Virus record (IMG/VR): IMGVR_UViG_3300034684_000096
Location: 1-64,000 of that record
Reading direction: 5' to 3' (one strand)
Source: a virus
Length of the DNA stretch: 64,000 bases
The notes under the pieces were generated by a model. That model did not search any database and was not told the origin of the DNA. It worked only from the letters and a program-made list of their open reading frames with translations. Below are positions 1-9,094 of this stretch, one piece after another. A program made the position numbers and the translations under genes. Positions within the stretch are counted from its first letter, which is position 1, and the number at the start of each line of letters is the position of its first letter.

Positions 1-1
1 C

Positions 2-367
2 CATACCATACCATTGATAAACACAAGTAGTGGTACTGATTTCTCTTATATGTTCAACTATTGCTATTCACTCCAGACCATACCATTGATAAACATAAGT
101 AAGGGTACTAATTTCTCTTATATGTTCAACTATTGCTATTCACTCCAATTTATTGATGCTGGTATACCTACGGTGCATGTATACAATTATTCAGTTGATT
201 TTAGCTCTTCTAGTTTCTTATCAAAAGACAGTATCATAAATATATTCAACAACCTACCTACAAAGACAGGTCAAACTATAACTATTGATACACTTACAAA
301 TGCAAAACTAGACGACACAGACAGGGAGATAGTTACAAATAAGGGTTGGGCACTAGCTGTAGCATAA
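2..367 (+). CDS. DUF285/BspA-like repeat surface or virion protein, 5' partial
   Basis: Frame is open from the window edge; two 24-aa repeats TIPLIN.S.GT.FSYMFNYCYSLQ followed by the typical C-cap (LSKDSIINIFNNL...TNKGW). Confidence 0.75.
   Translation, partial: HTIPLINTSSGTDFSYMFNYCYSLQTIPLINISKGTNFSYMFNYCYSLQFIDAGIPTVHVYNYSVDFSSSSFLSKDSIINIFNNLPTKTGQTITIDTLTNAKLDDTDREIVTNKGWALAVA
6..147 (+). repeat. 72-bp tandem repeat (2 copies visible) encoding the DUF285-like units
   Basis: ccataccattgataaaca...tattcactcca starts at 6 and again at 78. Confidence 0.9.
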
Positions 368-378
368 AGGAGGGAACA

Positions 379-534
379 ATGAAAACATATATAGCAGATG
401 AAGGTAAGGTTTGGAAAAAGGGTGATGAGATTATAGGAGTTATTCTATACACATCAGATGATTTCAATGATAGTGATTTAGTACAAGTAGATGAAGTGGA
501 AGACGCAATAGATGGGGAAGAAGGAATTAGATAA
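379..534 (+). CDS. small hypothetical protein
   Basis: AAGGAGG RBS before ATG 379 (MKTYIADEGKVW). Confidence 0.7.
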   Translation: MKTYIADEGKVWKKGDEIIGVILYTSDDFNDSDLVQVDEVEDAIDGEEGIR

Positions 535-568
535 ATATCTGATTGCCGATGGTATGGGGGATTGAAAC

Positions 569-1168
569 ATGGATTATACAAGGCTATTTGATACACAGAA
601 TTGGCAAACAATAGGCGATGATACACAATACCAAATTATTGATAATACAGATGAATTTATAATTATATTTTGTGGTTCTAATTCATCTCAGGATTGGAAG
701 AATAATTTTAACTTTACTAAACAACCTTATAAGAATATGAATATTCCCTTTAAGGTTCATAGAGGATTTCTTAAAGTTTGGAAACTAATTAATGATTTCT
801 TTCTAGATGAGGTAAAAGATGTAACTAAGCCTATTACAATTGTTGGACATTCCTATGGAGGAGCAATAGCAACTCTATGTATGGAAGATATTTGGTTCCA
901 TTATCCAGAAAAAAGAGATACTTTAAAACTTATAACTTTTGGCTCTCCAAGAACTATTGGGTGGAAAAATTATAAAAAAGTTAAGAATCGTTGGGAGAAT
1001 TCAATTATCTATTGTAACCAGCTAGACTTGGTTTCGAATGTTCCTCCATTCTTATTGGGCTATCATCATGTTAAAAAAAGAACATTTATCAATAAAGAAA
1101 AAACAATAAAGCAATTTTTCAGATTTATCAATAACCATGAATTGCATAATTATAAGGAAATAACATGA
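569..1168 (+). CDS. class-3 lipase (alpha/beta hydrolase)
   Basis: GHSYGG nucleophile elbow, VHRGF, TFGSPR and DLVSNVPP motifs. Confidence 0.9.
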   Translation: MDYTRLFDTQNWQTIGDDTQYQIIDNTDEFIIIFCGSNSSQDWKNNFNFTKQPYKNMNIPFKVHRGFLKVWKLINDFFLDEVKDVTKPITIVGHSYGGAIATLCMEDIWFHYPEKRDTLKLITFGSPRTIGWKNYKKVKNRWENSIIYCNQLDLVSNVPPFLLGYHHVKKRTFINKEKTIKQFFRFINNHELHNYKEIT

Positions 1169-1400
1169 AACGAATACTATTATTTATAGAAAACACATTG
1201 ACAAAGTAGCATATTTTGCTATCACCTATGGCATTGTTTACACTTTAGCAGACAAATGGGAAATCAATGGGGCAATTGCTGTTGGTATCTTATTAGGTGT
1301 CATTAAAGAGATATGGGATAAATACACAGATGTCAAATTATCTATTACAGATTTGATTGTTGATATGTTAGGTATAGTACTTGCTTGCTTAATTTTCTAG
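1165..1400 (+). pseudogene. frameshifted small membrane protein (VanZ-like pattern)
   Basis: ATG 1165 with RBS stops after 14 codons; one extra A in the A-run at 1190-1193 gives a ~78-aa protein HIDKVAYF...KEIWDKY...DLIVDMLG ending at TAG 1400. Confidence 0.6.
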
Positions 1401-1403
1401 GAC

Positions 1404-1433
1404 TTGACAATGGCTTACCATCTATGATACTAT
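1404..1433 (+). promoter_or_regulatory. sigma70-type promoter upstream of the tail genes
   Basis: TTGACA, 18-nt spacer ending TGA, TACTAT. Confidence 0.7.
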
Positions 1434-1454
1434 ATTCTTACATAGGAGTAATGA

Positions 1455-3131
1455 ATGACTGTATATTTTGATAAATTAATCGATAACTACTTACCCACAG
1501 ACTCTGGATGGACATTTCATCCAGATAATATAGTTGAATTGCCCACTGTAGAATCTGACAATAAACTAGTTATTGATACTAATAATCCTTTACCTAATGC
1601 CTATTCACAGTTAATGTTCAGCACTACATCCAGTACTGGAAATGCCTATATCTATTATCTAAATCTCATTACTTCTACTAATGGTGAATTACCACAGATT
1701 ATACAAGACCCTAATGCTAGTAATGCAAAAGCCATTAAAATTGGTGCAAATACTAAGTTAATCTTTAAAACAAACTATCCATATAATAAAGATAGATTAA
1801 AGAAAGTAGTATGTAGGTGTAGGAAAGAGTCAAATGCTACCGCTTCATTACGTGTAGGAGTTATAAGTGTTAAAGATGGAGCATATCTTACTCCTTCAGG
1901 TTCTATTGGTACTGATGATTTCTACGATGTAACTATTAATTCCACTACTATGATAAAGGAAACATATGCTACATATATGGGTTATATATTAGATACTACA
2001 ACAAATGCATATGTAGCTTCAATACCTAGCGTAGATTATCCTGTAGCGTTATATGATGGCACCACTGATATTGCCTTAGTAATAGAAGTGACTGGTGGTA
2101 CAGGTAATTACTATATAGATAGCATTGAATTGCAAGATACTGAGAATAGTATTGCTGATTTGCCGAATGGTAGATTTGTAGTGGACAGTCTGGAAGGATT
2201 GACTGATGACAACAAATTGAGTCCGGTTGAGAAGACGTATATCAAAACCCTGATAACGGAGATTGATGCTGAATATACTGGCGTGCTGGCAGACGGAACA
2301 GCATCCGGTGTAAGTGGTACATTGTTGACCACACTGACGACCAAGTGGGACGCGTTACATGCAATTGTTGACCCATTGTTGGATAATATGGGTACTGCAA
2401 GTGACATTACGTCCGAGTTTGATGTTGCTTTTGCTGAATACTACGCTGCAGTGAATGCTCTTGAGGAACAGATATCCATCCACACTGCAGGTCTCATCGA
2501 AGGCCTTGACGACCGGAGCAGGTGGGAAATTCAAATCAGCGGAGGGCCAACTGTTCCTCTTGATTCCACACCAATAACACTGAGCGTTAAACTACTAAGA
2601 GATAGCGTCGATGTGACGAACGATTACGCAGAATCCGACTTCGATTGGCTCAGGATAACCAGTAACACACCGGCCGACTTCGCTTGGAGAGGGGGGGTGT
2701 CCCCTATAGGAAAAACCTTGACAATCACCAACGCTGACCTTGAAGCCGGGTATGCTACCTTCCTGTGCAAGTTCAAATACCTATATGGGGGGTCGAGTTA
2801 TTACTTCAAGACCGGCACGGTGGCAATCTCAGAGGAAGTCCCCGGTCCTCAGGGAGAGGCGTATGTGGTCGTGGTCTCATCATCGAACGGAGACAAATTT
2901 AAGCCCGGAGAATCTATGACTACGCAACTCAGAGCGCACGTATTTCTCAACGGAGAAGAGATTACTGCAGATATCCCTGACTCGTGGTTCAGGTGGAGAA
3001 GGAAGAGCTTCTATGAACCGAATGACGATGCGCTTTGGAACTCCAACCATATGGCTGGATATAGGACGATAGAGGTCACTGCGAATGACGTGCTTGCAAG
3101 AGCGACATTCTTTTGTGACATCGTGAGATAG
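1455..3131 (+). CDS. phage tail/host-specificity protein
   Basis: DNKLSPVEK helical segment and two C-terminal Ig-like modules (FxWxR...DxxW...ATFxC) seen in phage tail proteins; position upstream of fibre genes. Confidence 0.7.
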   Translation: MTVYFDKLIDNYLPTDSGWTFHPDNIVELPTVESDNKLVIDTNNPLPNAYSQLMFSTTSSTGNAYIYYLNLITSTNGELPQIIQDPNASNAKAIKIGANTKLIFKTNYPYNKDRLKKVVCRCRKESNATASLRVGVISVKDGAYLTPSGSIGTDDFYDVTINSTTMIKETYATYMGYILDTTTNAYVASIPSVDYPVALYDGTTDIALVIEVTGGTGNYYIDSIELQDTENSIADLPNGRFVVDSLEGLTDDNKLSPVEKTYIKTLITEIDAEYTGVLADGTASGVSGTLLTTLTTKWDALHAIVDPLLDNMGTASDITSEFDVAFAEYYAAVNALEEQISIHTAGLIEGLDDRSRWEIQISGGPTVPLDSTPITLSVKLLRDSVDVTNDYAESDFDWLRITSNTPADFAWRGGVSPIGKTLTITNADLEAGYATFLCKFKYLYGGSSYYFKTGTVAISEEVPGPQGEAYVVVVSSSNGDKFKPGESMTTQLRAHVFLNGEEITADIPDSWFRWRRKSFYEPNDDALWNSNHMAGYRTIEVTANDVLARATFFCDIVR

Positions 3132-3140
3132 GAGAAAAAA

Positions 3141-4475
3141 ATGGCAACATTAGTATCAACCGGTCAGTTTACGATTACCGACCACAATGATGCAGTAAGC
3201 ATCACAAGTTTCATCAATGCAAGCCGTGGTGTATCACAGGTATTTGCGAACAACGACGGCACCAACGTATATGTTCCGAGCTGGACCAGTGGCGGAAATC
3301 AGGTTCTGAAGGCCTATGTATATGCTGGTGCAGGAAACATCGCGGCAAGCCTTTCCAACAAGAAATGGTCTGCGGACACCCCGGAAGGCTCATCCATTGG
3401 AAGTAGCGATACTTACACCATCACTACAAACATACTGACCGAGGCGGCACCCACGAAGACTTATTACTTCCAAGGTGACTACATCGACTCTGTTACCGGC
3501 CTTTCCAGCCATGTGATTACGGCGGTAACCCTCACCCTCACCAAGAAAGGTGACGCCGCGGTATTCGCTCGCGTAGAGGGTATGACGGTCATCAATAAAT
3601 CCACAACCACAACTCAGGCGTCGTGCCAAGTACAGGGTAGCCTTTACCGTAACTCAGGTACCCGGGATACCACTAACGTTTCATACAAGTGGTACAAAAT
3701 TATTGCCGGGAGCCCTGTTGCTCTCGTATCCGGGCAGGCTGATGTCACTGCAGGGAATATCGTGTTCAAGAATGATGCAGGTGCTACCCAGAGCGCTCCT
3801 ACTGACTTTTCCACAACCTGTACGCAGATTGAAATCAAGGAGAACGCAGTCAATGATATTCAGCTGTTCAAGCTGGAAATCAAGGATACTACCGTCAATA
3901 TCACCTACGGTGAAACCTTTGCGGTGTACGACGTTTCAGACCCGTACGATGTGCAGATTGCATCCACCGGAGGTGACAAGTTTCAGAACGGGCAAGGGAC
4001 CACGAATCTTACCCCGATTGTGAAGAATGGAGCCGTTACCGTCAACGTCACCGGGTGGTCTTTCCTCTGGACGTTGTACGACAAGGACGGTGTGCGCTCC
4101 GGATTCGTTGATACCGACAAGACTCCTTCCGCAAAGACCGTGTCGGCCAACACAACCACGACCTTCACTATCTCCGCGGCACTTGCTGTTGCTCCTGTGA
4201 CAGGAAGCCTTATCAAGGTCACCAATGCCGCAGGTACCACCATCAGGGTGTATGAGGTCGCTTCAGCAACCACCACGACAATCACCATCAGGACCACAGG
4301 GCTCACCAATACTTGGGCATCGACTGTTGCTCCTACTGCATCTGAGTTCCAGAACGGTCAGCTGTTCTGCGTGCTACCGACCAGAACCACCTCCGGAGCG
4401 ACGCCAATTACCCTGACGGGCAATGACGTCGATGTGAAGGGGACTGTGTACTGCGAAGCTTCCAAGCCAATATAA
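3141..4475 (+). CDS. phage tail (fibre-associated) protein
   Basis: N-terminal STGQFTITDHND and DVSDPYDV...GDKFQNG motifs, Thr-rich beta composition. Confidence 0.7.
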   Translation: MATLVSTGQFTITDHNDAVSITSFINASRGVSQVFANNDGTNVYVPSWTSGGNQVLKAYVYAGAGNIAASLSNKKWSADTPEGSSIGSSDTYTITTNILTEAAPTKTYYFQGDYIDSVTGLSSHVITAVTLTLTKKGDAAVFARVEGMTVINKSTTTTQASCQVQGSLYRNSGTRDTTNVSYKWYKIIAGSPVALVSGQADVTAGNIVFKNDAGATQSAPTDFSTTCTQIEIKENAVNDIQLFKLEIKDTTVNITYGETFAVYDVSDPYDVQIASTGGDKFQNGQGTTNLTPIVKNGAVTVNVTGWSFLWTLYDKDGVRSGFVDTDKTPSAKTVSANTTTTFTISAALAVAPVTGSLIKVTNAAGTTIRVYEVASATTTTITIRTTGLTNTWASTVAPTASEFQNGQLFCVLPTRTTSGATPITLTGNDVDVKGTVYCEASKPI

Positions 4476-4485
4476 GGAGTTATTT

Positions 4486-7400
4486 ATGCCTACACCTGTA
4501 TCTACCGGTTCTTTGACTATAGCTGATTTGAATGACGGACTATACGCCCTGCTCTCTTCGGAGACAGGGCTGGTCCATTGTGATTCTGCAGGAACACCTA
4601 CCACCCCACTTACGACCACCCCGCTCACTACGATGATGACAGTATACAAAGGGAACTCAGTTCAGACGGGATTTTCTTTTACAAGGACTGCGAGTAGTGG
4701 GGTTACCTCTGCTGTAAACGCTTCCGGCGTTCTGTCTGTCACTGGCCTTACGGTGGGTGTGGATAGCGGGTGGGTTGATATTACAGCCTCCAAGTCTGGG
4801 GAGCCTTCGATTACCAAGCGCTATGTTATCTCTAAGGTTAAGCAGGGCATACAAGGTCCAGCCGGTACTTCAATAACCTCTGTAGATGTTGAATATGCAA
4901 TCAGCACATCAAATATCACAGCACCAACTACAGGTTGGTCCACTACTTCTCCAGCGTGGGAAGACGGTAAATACCTCTGGGCAAGGACGAAGACAACGTA
5001 TAGTGTGGGTGAACCGACTTACACAAATCCTGCTTGTATCACTGGAGGTAAGGGAGAAACTGGAGACCCGGGTCAGTTGCTTGGATTGAATGCTGACACC
5101 AATATTATTGGTGTACAGGTTCGTGGTAGTGAATTAATTACGCAACAGATTGTATTCACATTGTCAGGAAGAGATGTGGTGCTTTCTGATGTAGATTGGG
5201 TGCGTTCTGATTATGGTAATCCAGAAGAAGGATTTGAATATGTTTATGACGCGTTAGGTGAGATAGATTACACACAGAGATACATTGACTGTAGTACAGT
5301 ACTTAATGATAATATTAGTGTTTCTGTCAGTTATGTGTCTGGAACACAGGTTTTAACTTCTTCAGTGACCATATCCAAAATATTGGTTGGGACCGCACAG
5401 CCTATATACCTTGAAGCAACTGATACTATTCCTATAATAACTGAAGAAGGAGCATTAATAGAAGGTGATTTCTTCTTGTATGTCGGCCCATACTCTGGCC
5501 CGAATAGTGACCCCGGAGACCAAGGGCTTAATCCTGCTGTGGCTGAGACAAATGAATTTATCTATGGCCGTATTTATGAGTATAAAGGGAAGGACTCTGG
5601 AGGTGTTGACCAATGGGACGAATCCAGAAAGAGTGAACACTTTTCTGCTGCACAAAAGGACGCTCTTGAGATAGCAAAGAACTCAGGAGTTTATCTATAT
5701 GCTGCTGTGGTCGTGGCTCAGCTCGGCCTATTCATGGATTTGATTTTTTCAGGCTCTCTGATGAGCGCCGATTACATAGAATATACATCGGCCCAAATCG
5801 GTACTGTTGTTGATGGACACTTAGTGACTGAAGAAGATGTTGCATTAAAAAGACCGTACAAAGGCATCTATATGGATGGCAATAAGGGTTTGATAAAATT
5901 GCTATCTCTGATGGTTAAAGATATTGATGCTTTTGGCTTCCTTACATCCTCAGGGTTTAGGACGCTCCGGGGTGAGGATGGACAAACCATAGGGGTTTCT
6001 ACAGTCTCTCCCACTCTATGGAAACACTCCGAAATGGAAGCCTTGATTGCCAGTCAAGATACACTGGCTACGCTGTCAGGTACTATTGAAGGATATAGTT
6101 TTACAAGAGCTTCCAGACGGACAAATCAGCGGATATTATTGGCAAGCCATGGGTATGAGAGTGAAGAAATAAGTGCAGGGGAGGTCCATTATTTTACCAG
6201 ACTATACCCAAGTAAAGTTTTTTCTAATAGTACATTTTATTGTGAGTATAAAGGATATTATGATGGTTATGCTTCCGAGAGACTCTATTGTGGATATATA
6301 AGAGATGATGAACAGCAGATTGGTGAGCATCTTGGTGTTAGTTATACTGTAGCAAAAACATACAGTTTTGCCATTCCTAGAGATGGGCATCCTGTATATC
6401 CATCTTTTAGGATACTGCATAAATCTGCTGCCCTCTGGGGTAATCGTGGCTCTCATGTTGATTATCATAAAGTCTGGACAAACCAAGTTTTCTCTGGCCT
6501 TGTATTAGTGAATGGAGAAACATCATACGAAGTAATAGCTCCAGAGCCAAGTGCTTACTATCCCAATACCAAGACGTGGACAATCGGGTCGTACAACCAA
6601 AACAGCATTGATAACTATTGTTCGGGCACTGATTTCTACAACCTTTTCTCCGGCCTCGCAGTAGGCGCCGACGGCTTCTGCGATGGCGGTCAAATTCGGG
6701 TAAACGGGACACTGTATACAGTAACCCGTCTCACCAAGAATGCCAACTCGATTACCTTCTACACCTCTGGTGGTGTGGTCACAGTAGATAAATTCCAAGA
6801 AGGAACCAGCGTTGGCGTCTATACTTCTTTGGCAGTTACCCAAGCAATCAACTTCCAAGCTGTTGCAGGTGGTATCGAGACAAAGCACATATTCCCTTGG
6901 GGGACGCAAGCGGGTACTCCGGGGAGTTATGATATTGGAACGAATGATGAACGGTTTAATACAGCATATCTTAGCGGAGCAAATATAAAACCTGCTGGGC
7001 AATCAGTAGGCATGTCTCCTTTACTTACAAAAAGTCTCAATGGTTACCCAGGAATGGTGCATTCTGATGGAACCGATTCTAATTGGCTTAGGACACCTCT
7101 GAATGGCCTTATTCCTTATGCTTCTGGTGGAGCAAGCGCATTAGGAACGTCAAGTTGGCCTTTCAACAGCGGGTATTTCAAGAACCTTAATGTTACTGAG
7201 TCTATTTCAGTTTCTGTTACAGCAGGTACATATACAGTTTTTAGTCGCCTTGAGACACAGACTGTTGTACCGACAAGCTTTACTAAATATTTTGAATGTA
7301 GATTATGGTATAGTGGCACGATTAATGTAATGTTTACGATGAAAATTCCTAGCGGTTCCGGTTCAAGCTATTTTAGAGCTAGGGTATATGTTAATGGTGT

Positions 7401-7569
7401 TGCCGTTGGTACAGAAAGAATAATATCTAGTGGTTCTACTACATTCTCAAATACTATATCTATTGTTTCTGGTGATAAAGTTCAGGTATATGCGAGGAGA
7501 GTAGGTACTGCACTGACTTGTGAAATAAGTGGGATAAAGGTAAATACTGCACAGTATGGAGTTGAATAA
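4486..7569 (+). CDS. tail fibre / receptor-binding protein
   Basis: 1027 aa; GSLTIADLNDG start, collagen-like linkers, APTTGWSTT...YLWART module; followed directly by a fibre chaperone. Confidence 0.8.
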   Translation: MPTPVSTGSLTIADLNDGLYALLSSETGLVHCDSAGTPTTPLTTTPLTTMMTVYKGNSVQTGFSFTRTASSGVTSAVNASGVLSVTGLTVGVDSGWVDITASKSGEPSITKRYVISKVKQGIQGPAGTSITSVDVEYAISTSNITAPTTGWSTTSPAWEDGKYLWARTKTTYSVGEPTYTNPACITGGKGETGDPGQLLGLNADTNIIGVQVRGSELITQQIVFTLSGRDVVLSDVDWVRSDYGNPEEGFEYVYDALGEIDYTQRYIDCSTVLNDNISVSVSYVSGTQVLTSSVTISKILVGTAQPIYLEATDTIPIITEEGALIEGDFFLYVGPYSGPNSDPGDQGLNPAVAETNEFIYGRIYEYKGKDSGGVDQWDESRKSEHFSAAQKDALEIAKNSGVYLYAAVVVAQLGLFMDLIFSGSLMSADYIEYTSAQIGTVVDGHLVTEEDVALKRPYKGIYMDGNKGLIKLLSLMVKDIDAFGFLTSSGFRTLRGEDGQTIGVSTVSPTLWKHSEMEALIASQDTLATLSGTIEGYSFTRASRRTNQRILLASHGYESEEISAGEVHYFTRLYPSKVFSNSTFYCEYKGYYDGYASERLYCGYIRDDEQQIGEHLGVSYTVAKTYSFAIPRDGHPVYPSFRILHKSAALWGNRGSHVDYHKVWTNQVFSGLVLVNGETSYEVIAPEPSAYYPNTKTWTIGSYNQNSIDNYCSGTDFYNLFSGLAVGADGFCDGGQIRVNGTLYTVTRLTKNANSITFYTSGGVVTVDKFQEGTSVGVYTSLAVTQAINFQAVAGGIETKHIFPWGTQAGTPGSYDIGTNDERFNTAYLSGANIKPAGQSVGMSPLLTKSLNGYPGMVHSDGTDSNWLRTPLNGLIPYASGGASALGTSSWPFNSGYFKNLNVTESISVSVTAGTYTVFSRLETQTVVPTSFTKYFECRLWYSGTINVMFTMKIPSGSGSSYFRARVYVNGVAVGTERIISSGSTTFSNTISIVSGDKVQVYARRVGTALTCEISGIKVNTAQYGVE

Positions 7570-7865
7570 TGAAATATTGGAAACTAGGAAATGATGTTTT
7601 TGCAGGGGATTACATTGAGGGTGCTATAGAACTCACAGAAGAAGAATTTGGTATATATCAAGAAGAAAAAATTGGTATAGCCATTAGGGCACGCCGTAAC
7701 ACCCTCCTCAAGGAAGTTGTCGATTCAGTCAATCCCATGCGTTGGGAAGCCATGACAGATATACAGAAGGACGCTTGGAGAGCCTATAGGCAAGCTCTTC
7801 TGGACGTTCCCCAGCAGGAAGGCTTCCCTATGACAATAGTTTGGCCTATAGCACCGGAGGTGTGA
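7569..7865 (+). CDS. tail fibre assembly chaperone
   Basis: IRARRNTLL...WRAYRQALLDVPQQEGFP...WP motif. Confidence 0.85.
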   Translation: MKYWKLGNDVFAGDYIEGAIELTEEEFGIYQEEKIGIAIRARRNTLLKEVVDSVNPMRWEAMTDIQKDAWRAYRQALLDVPQQEGFPMTIVWPIAPEV

Positions 7866-7866
7866 T

Positions 7867-8106
7867 ATGGAAGACAAAAAACCGTTAGGATTTCTTAAAG
7901 ACAATTCAGGAGATAATAGTTCAAAACGTTTGGCTGCATTTATACTACTTGCACTTTTTATAGTAGTTTCAGTTTATGGCGTTATTGTTGATTCTGTAAT
8001 TGGAGCGAAATCAATAGAGTTTATAAAATATATATCCACAATATCTCTAGGTGGTGTTCTCACATTATTAGGATTCACACTACCAGAAGTATTGAGTAAG
8101 AAATAA
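7867..8106 (+). CDS. putative holin
   Basis: 79 aa, two hydrophobic helices, SSKRL motif, basic C-terminus, follows tail genes. Confidence 0.55.
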   Translation: MEDKKPLGFLKDNSGDNSSKRLAAFILLALFIVVSVYGVIVDSVIGAKSIEFIKYISTISLGGVLTLLGFTLPEVLSKK

Positions 8107-8118
8107 AAGGGGGACTAA

Positions 8119-8301
8119 ATGACGAACACAAAATTAGAGCAAATACGTTATTATCTAGAACGTTTATATAAGCGCACTAGCTATGGAAAATCTACTGATA
8201 CAAAACCTACTGATGCATCAATCGGAGATAAATTTATTGAAGTGGATACAAATAAGGAATATTATTTCTATGATGATTCATGGAATGAGATTACCATTTA
8301 G
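8119..8301 (+). CDS. small hypothetical protein
   Basis: GGGGG RBS; STDTKPT...G..FIEVDT.K.Y pattern common in phage structural regions. Confidence 0.7.
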   Translation: MTNTKLEQIRYYLERLYKRTSYGKSTDTKPTDASIGDKFIEVDTNKEYYFYDDSWNEITI

Positions 8302-8306
8302 GAGAT

Positions 8307-8855
8307 ATGATGTGTGGAAAAAGATTTGGGAATGGCTTAAGGAATATGGTGGCTACATTCTTGCTTTTATTGGCGGTATTGCATCCTATTTCTTCATTGA
8401 CCGTAGAGGAAACGCAAGAACTGACGAGTATATTGCAACCCTTAATGCAAGACTGGCAGAGTACGAAGACCTCGTTGAACGACTTGAGTATCACACTGGG
8501 GAACTTACAAGAAACATCAATTCTATGGAAGCAACCAGTGGAGAACTTAGAGCAGAGAACAACAAACTTAGAGATATCCTTGGGACAAGCAACCGAGATA
8601 TCTCAGAAGCAAGACACTCGCTTACAGAACTTCGAACTAGACTTGAGTCTGCTGAAGGGGACATCGACAGACTTGCAGAAATTGACAGGGAACTTGGAAA
8701 ACAATCAACAAGAATTGACGGAGGTTTCCAAAGACTTGCAGAGTTCATTGAAAAGTATGGAGCGACAGATAGCCCTATATAAAACAATAACAAAGGTGCT
8801 TATTGGTATTGTCATAGTAACAGGCACTATATCAGGAGTTTCAATATACCTATAA
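8307..8855 (+). CDS. exported coiled-coil protein with C-terminal membrane anchor (spanin-like candidate A)
   Basis: GGAG RBS at 8301; signal-like N-terminus, heptad repeats, hydrophobic C-terminal 19 aa; stop abuts terminator. Confidence 0.65.
   Translation: MMCGKRFGNGLRNMVATFLLLLAVLHPISSLTVEETQELTSILQPLMQDWQSTKTSLNDLSITLGNLQETSILWKQPVENLEQRTTNLEISLGQATEISQKQDTRLQNFELDLSLLKGTSTDLQKLTGNLENNQQELTEVSKDLQSSLKSMERQIALYKTITKVLIGIVIVTGTISGVSIYL
8312..8782 (+). CDS. N-terminally anchored coiled-coil protein (i-spanin-like candidate B), nested in another frame
   Basis: GTG 8312 shares the GGAG RBS; WKKIWEWLK then hydrophobic helix, then about 110 aa of heptads. Confidence 0.65.
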   Translation: MWKKIWEWLKEYGGYILAFIGGIASYFFIDRRGNARTDEYIATLNARLAEYEDLVERLEYHTGELTRNINSMEATSGELRAENNKLRDILGTSNRDISEARHSLTELRTRLESAEGDIDRLAEIDRELGKQSTRIDGGFQRLAEFIEKYGATDSPI

Positions 8856-8891
8856 AAATAACCCCGGAATTAACTTCCGGGGCTTTTCTTT
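8854..8891. terminator. bidirectional intrinsic terminator
   Basis: CCCCGGAA-ttaac-TTCCGGGG flanked by A- and T-runs between convergent genes. Confidence 0.9.
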
Positions 8892-9094
8892 TATCTAATG
8901 CCTGATATGTAATCCATATACCATTCAGACAAACTCTTTTCTTCTGATGGAGCTTCTGGAATGTCTATGGTTTCATCATCTTCCATAACTTCTGTAGTTT
9001 CCTCATCATCGTCTACAATAAAATCATCGATTCCATATACATCTTCACTCTCTTCAAAAAAATCATCGTAGGGCACTTTTACCTGCCTTCCCAT
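8891..9094 (-). CDS. small acidic hypothetical protein
   Basis: 67-aa D/E-rich ORF ending at the terminator. Confidence 0.65.
   Translation of the reverse strand: MGRQVKVPYDDFFEESEDVYGIDDFIVDDDEETTEVMEDDETIDIPEAPSEEKSLSEWYMDYISGIR

Noticed and set aside
6-147. Diversity-generating retroelement template/variable repeat pair
   Set aside because: Adjacent in-frame protein repeats; differences are not confined to adenines of one copy; no reverse transcriptase in the window
2111-7319. Alternative-frame and antisense ORFs within the tail genes, and similar shadows elsewhere
   Set aside because: No RBS or motifs; expected shadows of long real genes, especially in GC-richer segments
8183-8311. Upstream start of the 199-aa ORF
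   Set aside because: Overlaps 8119-8301 with no RBS; GTG 8312 is better supported
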